A stretch of DNA of 64,000 nucleotides, taken from positions 79,697-143,696 of the forward strand of contig RHPI01003536.1 in the NCBI GenBank assembly GCA_009103225.1, given 5' to 3'. The DNA is from Chlorokybus atmophyticus. Its lineage: Eukaryota > Plantae > Mesostigma and Chlorokybus algae. The translations under genes and the position numbers were made by a program. Below the pieces are notes generated by a model. It was given only the letters and a program-made list of their open reading frames with translations. It made no database searches and was not told the origin of the DNA. Shown here one piece after another: positions 49,112-60,367 of the stretch (position 1 is its first letter; each line of letters starts with the position of its first letter).

Positions 49112-50587
49112 CTATTCAACCTTCTTGGCCTTGCCCTTCCCCTTGGTTGGGCAGTTCTTTGCAATGTGGCCAGGCTGATGACAGACGTAACAGGTGCGAG
49201 CCGCAGCAGGCGTAGCACCACCAGCAGGTGTGGCACTAGTAGAAGGACCATATGTCTTCGCCTTCTTTGCCAAGTGTGCACTCGGATGAGGGAAACGCTT
49301 CCCTCCCACCCCTGGCGGTTTGGCCGAAACTGCCACATGTGACTTGTCCTGCACCGCCGTGTCATCGTTGTATAGGTACACGCTCAGCTTCTGCAACTTG
49401 GCCAAGTCCTCGGGAACCCAAGGCAGTCCCGTTGCCGTGTTGTACTGCAGTTGATCACGCACACGCGCATCCAAGCCGCGCTTGTACAACTCAAACTGCT
49501 CGGCCTTGTCAATAGGCATGAGGCCGCTGTTGGCACGACCCACCAATGCCTGGAATTCCTGCAGATAGGCTGAAGCCGCCCGACCATTCTGTCGCAACTT
49601 GCTGAGCTTGTTACGAGCCTGAGTAGCCGGGTCCATGCCACCATAGCGTTCCGTCAGGAACTGAAACAGTGCCTCCACTGTTTTGGTAGCACCGTCCTGT
49701 GTCTGCCTCGCCCACTCGGCGAGAGCGTCAGAAGGCATGAGCAACTCAGCAACAGCAATGTGTTCACCAACGGGGCGTCTCAATGCTGTTAAATAGTGCT
49801 CAACAGTTACCACCCAGTCGTGGATACTGACGCTGCCGTTGGGCTTGAACTTCTCAGGCTTATTCAGCGCTGTGACCGGCAGACCCGCTGATGCTCCAGC
49901 TGCTGAAGTAGCACCCGCCACCTGTTGGCGCAGCGCCACCAACTCAGCCTGCATAGCATCGAGGCGTGCCGTCAACTGCACTCGGCCAGTCAACTTGTCT
50001 TCCAAGTTAGGTCCCAAGTACCAGAACACGTCCTTGCAACGCTGTGAGGTTTCCACTCCCAAGTTGGCCAAAGCCTCAAACGCCATTCGCTTGCCTTGGT
50101 AAGGGGGAGGCTTATCGTAAACAGCCATCAGAGCAGCCACCTTCGGATCACCGCGCACGAGTGGCGGAACATTGTTCGTCAGCTCGTGCTCGAGCATGCG
50201 GATCACCATCTCCTTGCTTGCGCGAGGAAGTGTGACAAAGTCCGTCTCATAGCCATCACGAACCTTCTGAGCCCATGCATCCCATGTTTCCTTGCCAAGC
50301 TGTGGGTTGGCATCAAGCAGAGCCTTGCGCTCCTGGGCATACTTCTCAATTGCCCCGCCAATGACACTCTGAGAGTCAACTGCAGGTGGTGCCATTTCAG
50401 CGTTTACTGCAACTGGTACACTCTGAGCAGACTGGTCGGGAGAAGCATCGCTCTCTTGCTTGTCTCCCTCCTTCTCACTGACGGTCAGCTGATAGCTCTG
50501 ACTCGTGTCAGAGTAATTCACTTCCTCTTCACTTGATGGCTCATATGATGTGGACTTCTCCACATCGTCCCCTCCTTGGTCAGACAT
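49112..50587 (-). CDS. gag: Gag with a long N-terminal extension and C-terminal CCHC zinc knuckle
   Basis: KPEKF...W...VEHYL capsid-like start, ARNKLSKLRQ...YLQEFQAL, YKRGLD, CYVCHQPGHIAKNC, then KGKGKAKKVE*. ATG taken at 50587 (MSDQGG). Confidence 0.92.
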   Translation of the reverse strand: MSDQGGDDVEKSTSYEPSSEEEVNYSDTSQSYQLTVSEKEGDKQESDASPDQSAQSVPVAVNAEMAPPAVDSQSVIGGAIEKYAQERKALLDANPQLGKETWDAWAQKVRDGYETDFVTLPRASKEMVIRMLEHELTNNVPPLVRGDPKVAALMAVYDKPPPYQGKRMAFEALANLGVETSQRCKDVFWYLGPNLEDKLTGRVQLTARLDAMQAELVALRQQVAGATSAAGASAGLPVTALNKPEKFKPNGSVSIHDWVVTVEHYLTALRRPVGEHIAVAELLMPSDALAEWARQTQDGATKTVEALFQFLTERYGGMDPATQARNKLSKLRQNGRAASAYLQEFQALVGRANSGLMPIDKAEQFELYKRGLDARVRDQLQYNTATGLPWVPEDLAKLQKLSVYLYNDDTAVQDKSHVAVSAKPPGVGGKRFPHPSAHLAKKAKTYGPSTSATPAGGATPAAARTCYVCHQPGHIAKNCPTKGKGKAKKVE

Positions 50588-51410
50588 CTGCCCAAGAATA
50601 TAAGCCGTCAATAGTTGAAGTTTGCAAGTGCACAAACACACAAGTTGTGCACTGCAAAAGTGTCAAAATCACTTGATTTTGTCTCGTCAAGTTTCAAGTG
50701 TGTTACGTGGAGTATACAGCTCAAACAAGAGCTCCCCACACAACTCTCAACTAGACACTTGCTTAGAAACAAACCGCACGCGAATTCACGCGGCGGTTCA
50801 CAAGTTACAGCTTGTCAAAGTTTGCACTTTGTACAACTCAACTCAACCCACAATTGTAATTGACACACAGGGTGCCAAATCTCGTTGAATCAACCCTACA
50901 GGGTGATATCAGCGAGTTGTGAGTTGTGAGTCTGATACTGGCCGCACAGAATGACTCTGGCGGCCTCACCGCACTGACTGGCGGTAACGACAGCCGATGT
51001 TGCCACCGGACTGTCTCACAAGGGGGGTCAAACCCTTTACACCACCACGAATCCACGTGGTGGCCAGCACAAGCACACACAAGTGGTGTTATATATATAT
51101 ATATATATCACTATGTGATGTGCTGGGCATGCAATACTGAGGGGGAAGGCTGCCTGAGTGGCCGCCTCCCCTACACGCAAGCTAACAAGCTCGGCTAGGC
51201 TAGGGCAGGGCAAGCTAGGCTATGCAAGGCAAGGCAAGGCAGGGCTAGGTAACTAGCCTACACCAGCAACAGCGTTTTAATAATAACAACAACAACAACA
51301 ACTACCACCTAATAACTACCACTAGTTGCCGCCGCTGCAGTCGCCTGCCGCCTGCTGCCGCAGTCGCCTGCCGCCTGCCGCCGCCCCTTCCACAGGCTCT
51401 TCACGCCCGT

Positions 51411-51422
51411 GCTCCGATACCA
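51411..51422 (-). other. Primer-binding site (initiator tRNA-Met type); repeated at 51985-51996 and 63642-63653
   Basis: The minus strand reads TGGTATCGGAGC one nt after the LTR. The canonical plant iMet PBS is TGGTATCAGAGC. Confidence 0.9.
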
Positions 51423-51423
51423 A

Positions 51424-51769
51424 TGTAAAGAGACTAGAGGGGGTGTGCCCCCTCCTCCCTTTAATCCCCTACCCCAACACCACCACCAGCCACGACGCCA
51501 CCGCCGCCGCCGCCAGGGGAATCTGCCGGAGCAGAAGATCCCCTGGCTATGGCGGCCGCTGCGTTAGCAGCGCCGCCATACGGCTGATATCGACATGAGA
51601 CTCATGTCTCATGTCGATATCAGTGTTACAATTAAGTAACACTACATTAGGGCCTTAACACTAGGTTAACGGCCCTAATATGGCTTAATAGACTGTATAA
51701 TCCCGTTGGGACCCTTATTTAATCCTAAATAAGGGCGGGGAACCTCTATGGAGGTAGCACACCGTTACA
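51424..51769 (-). repeat. Inner 5' LTR (346 bp)
   Basis: One difference (G51572 vs A45024) from the 3' LTR; followed by a single N at 51770. Confidence 0.95.
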
Positions 51770-51770
51770 N

Positions 51771-52343
51771 AGGCTAGGGCAGGGCAAGCTAGGCTATGCA
51801 AGGCAAGGCAAGGCAGGGCTAGGTAACTAGCCTACACCAGCAACAGCGTTTCAATAATAACAACAACAACAACAACTACCACCTAATAACTACCACTAGT
51901 TGCCGCTGCCGCAGTCGCCTGCCGCCTGCCGCCGCAGTCGCCTGCCGCCTGCCGCCGCCCCTTCCACAGGCTCTTCACGCCCGTGCTCCGATACCAATGT
52001 AAAGAGACTAGAGGGGGTGTGCCCCCTCCTCCCTTTAATCCCCTACCCCAACACCACCACCAGCCACGACGCCACCGCCGCCGCCGCCAGGGGAATCTGC
52101 CGGAGCAGAAGATCCCCTGGCTATGGCGGCCGCTGCGTTAGCAGCACCGCCATACGGCTGATATCGACATGAGACTCATGTCTCATGTCGATATCAGTGT
52201 TACAATTAAGTAACATTACATTAGGGCCTTAACACTAGGTTAACGGCCCTAATATGGCTTAATAGACTGTATAATCCCGTTGGGACCCTTATTTAATCCT
52301 AAATAAGGGGGGGGAACCTCTATGGAGGTAGCACACCGTTACA
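51771..52343 (-). repeat. Tandem duplicate of the leader+PBS+5' LTR (copy of 51197-51769); outer LTR 51998-52343
   Basis: 573-bp direct duplication with several SNPs; the outer copy abuts the TSD. Confidence 0.93.
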
Positions 52344-53315
52344 GACGCCCACGTATCACCCCTACACCAGCACGGTGCCTTTGTTTGTCATTCACTACTG
52401 GGATGCGAGTTGATTTGGCATTCACTTGCACGTTGCGGATTCGGTGCTTGCGGTGCGTGATCTCGTTCTCTTTGGCTCTAAAGAGCAATCACATGCACGC
52501 ACGTGTGTGACCGCTGTGTGCATCTCCCCAAGCACCCTTGTTCATGAGCTTGTTGACTGATTACTACTAGGCAATCTAGAGGACTACCCAATTTGTTTTT
52601 CCTCGGATTCCTTTCCTCGTGTATAAGCTCCTCCATGGACTCCGCACTCTTCATGCTACCCGCACTACGACTAGCCCTCACACTCGCGCGCCTCAATGTA
52701 CTGACCCGCGGTGCAAAACACATCTTGTAGTTAAGCCTCCCTTGCACGACATAATTCTCGTTAGTTTATCGTTCATGCACGAAAGAGTTTGACTATATAA
52801 GTGACTGTATGACCTTAAAAAAAGTCATCAGAGATCTTGCTTATGAATGTATGACCATTTATCTCAATAATAAAAATACTATTGCTTTGCTTTTATCGCA
52901 ATGACCTTGGCCAAATCTGACCAATGGAATTCTTCGATGGAACAAGTGTATATTAGACATTAGCAGTAATTCATGACAATAGATTTTATACTACGCTTAT
53001 ATATAACGCAACACGTATTTGTATTTTATGTTCAAAAGCGAATTGCGCAACATTATGATTGCTATGCGTGATGACAGTGTCGTTGAAACCAAAGAAAAGT
53101 ATAATTGTAACTAGCATATACCCAAGTTTTGGCTTAGACGCAAGAAAACATGTCATGTGAAAGCAGCACCTGCCTTGGCTATACCTTGGTAGGTAGTAAA
53201 AGTATTTGTATAAAAGTGCACCCCTGCAACTTGCATGCATCAAAGCAGTTGTCGACATCAAGCGTCTCTGGACGGATATTGGCTTCTTCTTTGCGCCGCC
53301 GCTGCGGACCGAAAA

Positions 53316-53323
53316 TTAGGGTT
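53316..53323. promoter_or_regulatory. Telo-box-like TTAGGGTT upstream of eIF3L
   Basis: Reverse complement AACCCTAA, about 130 nt before the ATG of a translation factor gene. Confidence 0.35.
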
Positions 53324-53450
53324 AGAGTTCGACTGCGCCCTCAATCGGCCTGGCAGTGGCGGCCTGGTTGGGCGGCGGCGGCGGAGCAGGAGCAGGAGAA
53401 GGAGCACAAGGAGGAGCAGGAGTAGGACGGGGTCGTCGTCGTAGGAAGCG

Positions 53451-56400
53451 ATGGCTGGGTATGGCGGGAGGGACAGGGATAGGGGCAGAGACAGGGATAG
53501 GGAGACGGATTATGGCGCAGGGGGCTATGACGAGGATGAGCGTGGCGGCGGGCGTGATATGGATGCCATGTACAGCCAGGCCGACATGGTCGTGCCGGAC
53601 ATGGTCAAGCAGTTCTGCGTTTACTTGTACAGGTACACACTTTGTTTACACGCTCAGATCGGCTGATCGTTCACGTACCATCACCATCAAGCAAACCCAA
53701 CTCCTGTTATGCGTATACAGCTTGCAGTTCTACGTTTATCCTGCACAGCACCTCATGTCAGTTTGTGTCTGTTGTTACAGCCTCTTTGCGTTTAGCTGAA
53801 GCAATGCACATGCATTGGTTGTGTCTTGCATGCGCGGTTGGTTGAGTGCATGTCCTCGTGCGGTTATATCAGGCTCTACACGGCGTTAATCAAAGGTAAC
53901 AATACACGTCGCACCAGATTACGCACGCTGCATTTCTTATTGTCGTAAGACAAAGGCTTGCAGTGCTTAGTTAAGTGGGATTTTTCGCATCGGTGCCAGG
54001 TTGCAATATGCTGGGGTCAGTGGGGTTTCATGTTGATTTGTTGGTGTTGGTATCCAGGCACATAAGGGAACGAAGTGTGCCGGAAATACACCAAATGGTA
54101 GAGGATAGCTTCCACAAGATCACGGAGCGGTACTTTAAGGCGAGCCAATGGCCACCAGCGGAGTTGATTGCACCGCTTGTGGATGAGGACCATGCCTTCT
54201 TGCTGCTCTACCGCGAGCTCACTTTCCGTCACGTCTTCGCCCGCCTCACGCCCACCCTCCACGTCCGCATTGACTCCTGGGATAACTACTCGACCCTGTT
54301 CAGGGTGAGACACACGCGCGCATGCACATGCATGTGTAGACACTCACTCATTCAGGCATACGTGCGCGCCCATGCACATGCACAAACTCAGGCACTCAGG
54401 TGTGTATACATGTGTGCACATGGGCACGTATGTTGGTTGTGCGCACTCGTCATCGATGCGTGTGCGCATTGGCAGTTACTGGAACTGTGCTGATGGTGGC
54501 GTTGTACGCTTGCGGTTGCAGGTGATTCTGCTGGGTAATGTCAACATGATGCTGCCGAACCAGTGGATGTACGACCAGATCGATGAGTTTATATACCAGA
54601 TGCAGTCATTCTGCCAGTACCGTGCCAAGCAGCAGGAGCGCTCACGCGAGGAGCTCGCCATGCTCTATGAAGCAGACCAGGTGTGGGTTGTGTCTTTGTG
54701 TGTGCGTGTGCACATGAATGTTGCGCACGTATGTACAGTTTTCTTGCGCGCCTTGTAAGCAAACATGTGTGTTACATGTGTCATTGTGTACGGAGGAGGC
54801 TGAACAGTGGCACGCGTGCAGGTTTGGAGCGTGCTAGGGGTGTTGAACTATCTCCAGGCGTTTGTGGACAAGTCTGGTATCGTGGACATCCTTGCAAGGG
54901 ATGCTGACGCATTTGACGAGTCGGAAGGGTACGAGTATGGCGGCGGCGGGAGCAACGTGCTTCGCATGATGGGTTACTTCTGCCTTATCGGCCTCCTGCG
55001 CGTGCACACGCTCCTCGGGGACTACGACTCCGCTCTCCAGGCCGTCGAGCAGCCACTTCAGCTTCTCAGCAAGCATCATCAGCACCGGGCTGGTGCCACG
55101 TACCAACGCATCCCATCAGCCAGTGTCACCGTCCACTACCACGCCGGCTTCTGCTACCTCATGATTGGCAGGTAGTGTTGCACGCTATGTGTGTGTGAAT
55201 GTGGGTTTGTGCTCCTCGTGTAACACTTGCAACGTGTGATTCTGTAGGTATGCGGATGCCATCAAGTGCTTTAACGCGTGTTTGCTGTACCTATCGCGCT
55301 CCAAGGCGTGGATAGCGAGGCTGCCACAACATGACCAGCTGCTCAAGAAGACCGAGCAGATGTACGCGCTTCTGGCCATCGCGCTCTCCTTGTACCCTGC
55401 ACCCCGCTTGGTACTACGTGTGACTTTGCAGCTTACACACATGCACTCGCACTTGCATGCATGCACGGGGCATGCACACACTCATACACACGCCTCCACA
55501 CACCTCGTGTATCGCTGATGTGCTTGTGCGTTGGTTCTGTGTTTTATCAGGTGGACGAGTCGGTGTTGACGGCGCTGAAGGAGAAGTTTGGCGACAAGAT
55601 GTCGAGGATGCAGAGGGGTGGGGCGGATTCTGAGAACGTGTACGACGAGCTGTTTAGCTACTCCTGCCCCAAGTTCATCACCCCGTCCCCACCTGGAGGC
55701 CCTGAGGACGCCCTCGTGAACTACAACCAGGACGCCTATAGGCTGCAGCTGCGCATATTCCTCACAGAGGTGAGGGCCCTGGTCACAGGCACCAGGTCTT
55801 CTTTGCACATTTTGTTTTCCTGTTGCTGCAATATTCTTTTCGCACCATTGTTGTGTTTTGATTATGCAGTCCATGTGGTAACATTGATATCTTGAGTTTA
55901 GTAAATGTAATTGTAAATGTACATGTCAATTTCCGTAACGTTGTCAGTGGCTTGACTCACTGACAACACTGCACTAGGAGCGTTTCCTGGTTAATGGTGT
56001 TGGTGTGACTGATTGGTGGTCCGCTTGCAGGTGCGGCAACAGTCGTCATTGCCAACGCTCAGGAGTTTCTTGCAGCTGTACACAAGCATCCCGCTTTCAA
56101 AGTTAGCATCGTTGCTGGACGCCGACGAGACTTCCGCCCGCACACTCTTGCTCGCACTCAAGCGCAGGACTGAGATCGGCAAGGGTGGGGATCCGGCCAA
56201 TGCGCCGGATGTGGACTTCTACATGGAAGAGGTGACTTGTTGTGTTTGTGTTGTGATGCACTCGTTGACAAATTGTGTTTGTGTGTCGGGGCTGATCTGC
56301 TGTCTTGTTTGTGTTCTGCAGGACATGGTGCATGTTGTGGACATCAAGGTGCCAAAGAGGTTTGGTGACTACTTTTTGAGAAACATTACCAAGGTATGCC

Positions 56401-56548
56401 TTGCCAACACAACTGCTTGTCTACGACATCAGTTGGGTGTTTGTGCTTTCTCAATATCAGATTGTGTGTACGTTTAGCCAAAATGGTTGGTCTGCAGGCG
56501 GAAGACATTATAGCTGAGGTAGAACGGCTGCCACCTCCGTTCATGTAG
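53451..56548 (+). CDS. EIF3L: Eukaryotic translation initiation factor 3 subunit L
   Basis: VPDMVKQF, LLYRELTFRH, LPNQWMYDQIDEFIYQMQSFCQYR, VWSVLGVLNYL, GYFCLIGLLRVHTLLGDY, FSYSCPKFI, LPTLRSFLQLYTSI, DVDFY, FGDYFLRNITK. Confidence 0.96.
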
Positions 56549-58234
56549 AGCAGAGTTGCAGGTGTTGCTGCCGCATGACACAATCTGGTTGATAACTTGT
56601 GCTTCAGTTTCACAAAGCTTGCTGATGGCAACATTGAGTTGCTGTCAGCTTCTGCGGGGGTAAATGGAAGTTGTGGCCGGCTGTGGGTGTTTCTGTAGGA
56701 GTCATACTGTCATGTGGATGTTTCAATTAGGGTGAATGCATTCATTGCGGCATGCTGGTGCCTGACTGACTGCAAAGTTGCCGCGCCGCATGCTGGTTGA
56801 ACTGCAGGAAGCCTTGGATACTCGCAATTGCCATTTATTTGCTTGCGTCTTATGCTAATCCTTTTATGATTATTTTGCGGATCTTCCTCTTTGCCATTTG
56901 ACCTGCGTCAGCAAAGTGGAACCCGTAACAGCATTGCCGGTGGAAGGGAGTGGTAGGGGGTAGGGCTGGCACTTGGAGAAAAGGCTGGCACCCATCGTAT
57001 GAGCCATGGCATAGTAAGAAATTGATATGGCACGGCATTGCAAAATGTTGATACAGGGGGGGNNNNNNNNNNNNNNNNNNNNNNNNNNNNNNNNNNNNNN
57101 NNNNNNNNNNNNNNNNNNNNNNNNNNNNNNNNNNNNNNNNNNNNNNNNNNNNNNNNNNNNNNNNNNNNNNNNNNNNNNNNNNNNNNNNNNNNNNNNNNNN
57201 NNNNNNNNNNNNNNNNNNNNNNNNNNNNNNNNNNNNNNNNNNGAGCAACAGCGGTAATACAAGGGGGGCGCTGTTGACTAACAGTCGTATGGTCGGGCCG
57301 GCAGCAAGTATACCAGAATGGAGTGGATAAGTGCCAACTTAACTACCCTCCCGTTAATGAAATGGCAGGCTAATATCCCACCCTCCATCAGAGAACGCTG
57401 CAGAGCTAAAAACAAAGAAACATATTAAAAAAAGTAACGCCCTATCTACCCTTTTTGTGTAACAGCTTGGCGATCTAGCAGCTTTGCCCTCGCAATAGAC
57501 CTGTCTGTTACCTCATTTTGGTTGGCTAGTGTCGCCATTGTTGTCTATTGCCAACATGGCACTGCACAATGCATGGCGTCATTGAAGCAGCAGCATGTTG
57601 TGACGCCCACTGCAATACTGCCTGCCCGTACTTATTGCGCCTGCTCTGCTTGTCCTGCAATGCATTCTACCTGTGCACACGAATTTGTGCATGACTTATC
57701 CACATTATTGCCAATCTTAAACCAAAAGTGTGCATGACACTCGCATTCTATAAATGCCTGCTCTCCGCCTGTCAGCGATATGACAGGCACGCAAAAGGCC
57801 TGTTCTATCTAGAAACCTGCGGTGCACGTGATCGGCTGAATTCGCAATGTTAGTCTGTCCCATTGCAACATGCAATGCCACACAACACAGTTCGCATTGT
57901 GCTTACCAAAGTTGAGCGGAGATGTGCGTGCCAGCAAAGACAATAATGCTTCATACCAATGTAGAACTGTCAAGGCTGGCCAAAACCTGTCCATAGAAGC
58001 TGGGTAGACGTCATGTCAATGCAACCTTGAATTCATAATACAAAAATGTCCTTATGGATATGCAGTGCAACAACGACAAATCGCTGTACCTGCGCCTGCA
58101 TGCAACAGCTGCAGCTTATGTTTACTAATTACAAGTCTCTGCCTGTGTGCCATGTATACACAACCCACTTGCTATGGTTGTAAGAATCTACAGAACCCCG
58201 CCCGACCTGTTTCAACACAATGGTGACGGCAACT

Positions 58235-60367
58235 TCATGCGGCTTGGGGAAGCAGCTCAAAATGGTCGCGCCTCTTCCGCGACACCGTCGATGGCAGTGA
58301 CTTGGCTGCGGTTGGCAGTGATTTCAAACTGACCAGCATGCGGTTGCGGCGAGGCTCTACATGCACGCGACCACCGTAGTGCAACAGCAGCTTCATCATC
58401 GCCTTGTTGCCCGATGCCACAGCCAGCTTGAGTGGCGTCGCACCACCTCTGTCACGCTTATTGACTTTGGCCCCCGACTCGAGAAGCATGCGCGCAGCTT
58501 CAACCTGTCCACCAAGCACAGCCCTGGACCCGGCCAATGCGTCAGTAAATAACCCAAGACAATGACAAGCGCAGCGCATGTAGCACAGGAACTGATCGCG
58601 TAGAGGCTGATCACTGCTACACCTGAGACTTACAGCACGCCACCACTTGCCCACCATTTCATTGACATGAAGTGCACGTACCAGTGCAATGGCGTTGACC
58701 CATCCTTGTCGCGGGCATTAACAGCTCGCCGCTTGCGGCGCGCCACTCGCATCAAGGCAAGAAGAACCCGTTTCCACAAGCGCTTCTTCTGCAACCACAA
58801 ATTGTTACTGCTGAACATGCCTGATAGCAAGAGGACACCAACTCTAAGCAAACACCAACCTTTTGAAGTCGAGGCCCTTGTGTGGCCAGAAAGTCAACTG
58901 CGTCCGTCTGGCCAGCGCGAGCTGCGAGATGGAGCGCTGTGACCCCGCGTGTGTCTTTGCTGGACACCGGCACGCCACTTCGCAACAGCAGCTCCAACAC
59001 GCCAGTGCTGCCACCCTGTGCGGCCTGCAGAAGCAACCTGCGGGAACGCCAACCGCGCAAAAACGTCTTCTTATCCTTGGGGTTTATTGTGGCTCTGAAG
59101 CTCAGCAGCAACTCCATGGCCGCAGTCTGGATAGGTTACGCAGTAAATGAATAGATAATAACACAAAAAAACAATGTGCATAGTGCCAACAAACAACCAT
59201 ATAAATGCAGCCCACCTGACCACTTTTTGCTGCAAGATGCAATGGTGAGATGCCCTCACAGTCGGTGACCTCTATGGATGCACCATGCGAGACAAGTGTC
59301 TCAATTGACTTCATGCGCCCTCGTGCAGCGGCATGATGCAGCGCCGTTTTGCCATCCTGCAAGCCGCACAGGTGCTTAGTCACCAGCGACGCCACAAAAC
59401 GTGCCATGTGACCTTGGAGCTTTGTATGCCACATGCCAAATGCCAAAGCAACACACTGACCAGATCAACGGCATCCACAGTTGCTCCGTGCTTGACAAGC
59501 GCATTGAGCGCGTCAATCTGCTCACGGATGCTGGCCCATATCAGCGGCGTTTTGCCATTCATATCTTCAATCTCGGGATTGGCGCGGTATGCGAACAACA
59601 GCTCGATCAGGGGTGTGTCTCCTTTCACAGCCGCAGCATGCAGAACAGACGCCTCGTTGAAGTCACGAGCATCAACGTCCGCCTCATATTCCAAAAGCAG
59701 CTGTGCAGCGTCGAACTGACCACGAATGACTGCCATGTGCAATGGCGTGCGCCCACTCTGTCCATCACTCATGTTAGCACTAACAGCTGCTGAAAGTGCA
59801 ACACATCGCCGTTGATGTCTAACATAGATAGCTCACCCTGTCCTGGAAATCTACTTTGGCGCCATTCTGAATCAAAACTCGCATCGTTTCAAGACGCCCA
59901 TAGGCAGCGCCCCAATGAAGCGGCGAGGCCCCATCCTGTTGGGGAACTTGGTCAGAAGACAACAGCCATGACAATCATCAGTTGCCTGCATCAACCAAAC
60001 TCACACAGGCGCGCAACTCTATGTTCATGCACACTTGCCCTGCACATACCCGATCCTCTGCAGAAATACACGCTCCACGGCGTACGAGGGTACGAGCTGC
60101 CTCAGGTTGATCCTTAATGGCAGCAACATGTAGAGCTGTTTTTGCATTCTGCACCAAATGAAAAAAGAAGCTTGGCAAGGACGCCCACACAAGGCAGCAC
60201 AGTGCACCGCAACAGTCAGACGAGCCCAAACTTACAAAGTCCATACTGTCGGGATCATAGCCTTGATCAAGCAAGTTGTTCAACTTGTCCAAGTCGCCAG
60301 CCATGGCCGCCACATGCAGCTCCGTGGTAGTCTGTACACAGTGCGATTCAGCATGTTGCGAGCTCAT
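58235..60367 (-). CDS. Multi-ankyrin-repeat protein (start uncertain; possible further exons at 60690-61232)
   Basis: Many ANK repeats, mostly one or two per exon: TELHVAAMAGD, KTALHVAAIK, GRTPLHMAV, GKTPLIWAS, GKTALHHAAARG, GVTALHLAARAG, GSTPLH, GATPLKLAVASGN. Confidence 0.88.

Larger units (their letters stand above)
44876..52343 (-). mobile_element. Young, intact Ty3/Gypsy chromovirus with 346-bp LTRs, a duplicated 5' leader+LTR and a GACGC target-site duplication
   Basis: TG...CA LTRs at 44876-45221, 51424-51769 and 51998-52343, differing by 1-3 nt. GACGC at 44871-44875 and 52344-52348. PBS, PPT, gag and pol all intact. Confidence 0.97.
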
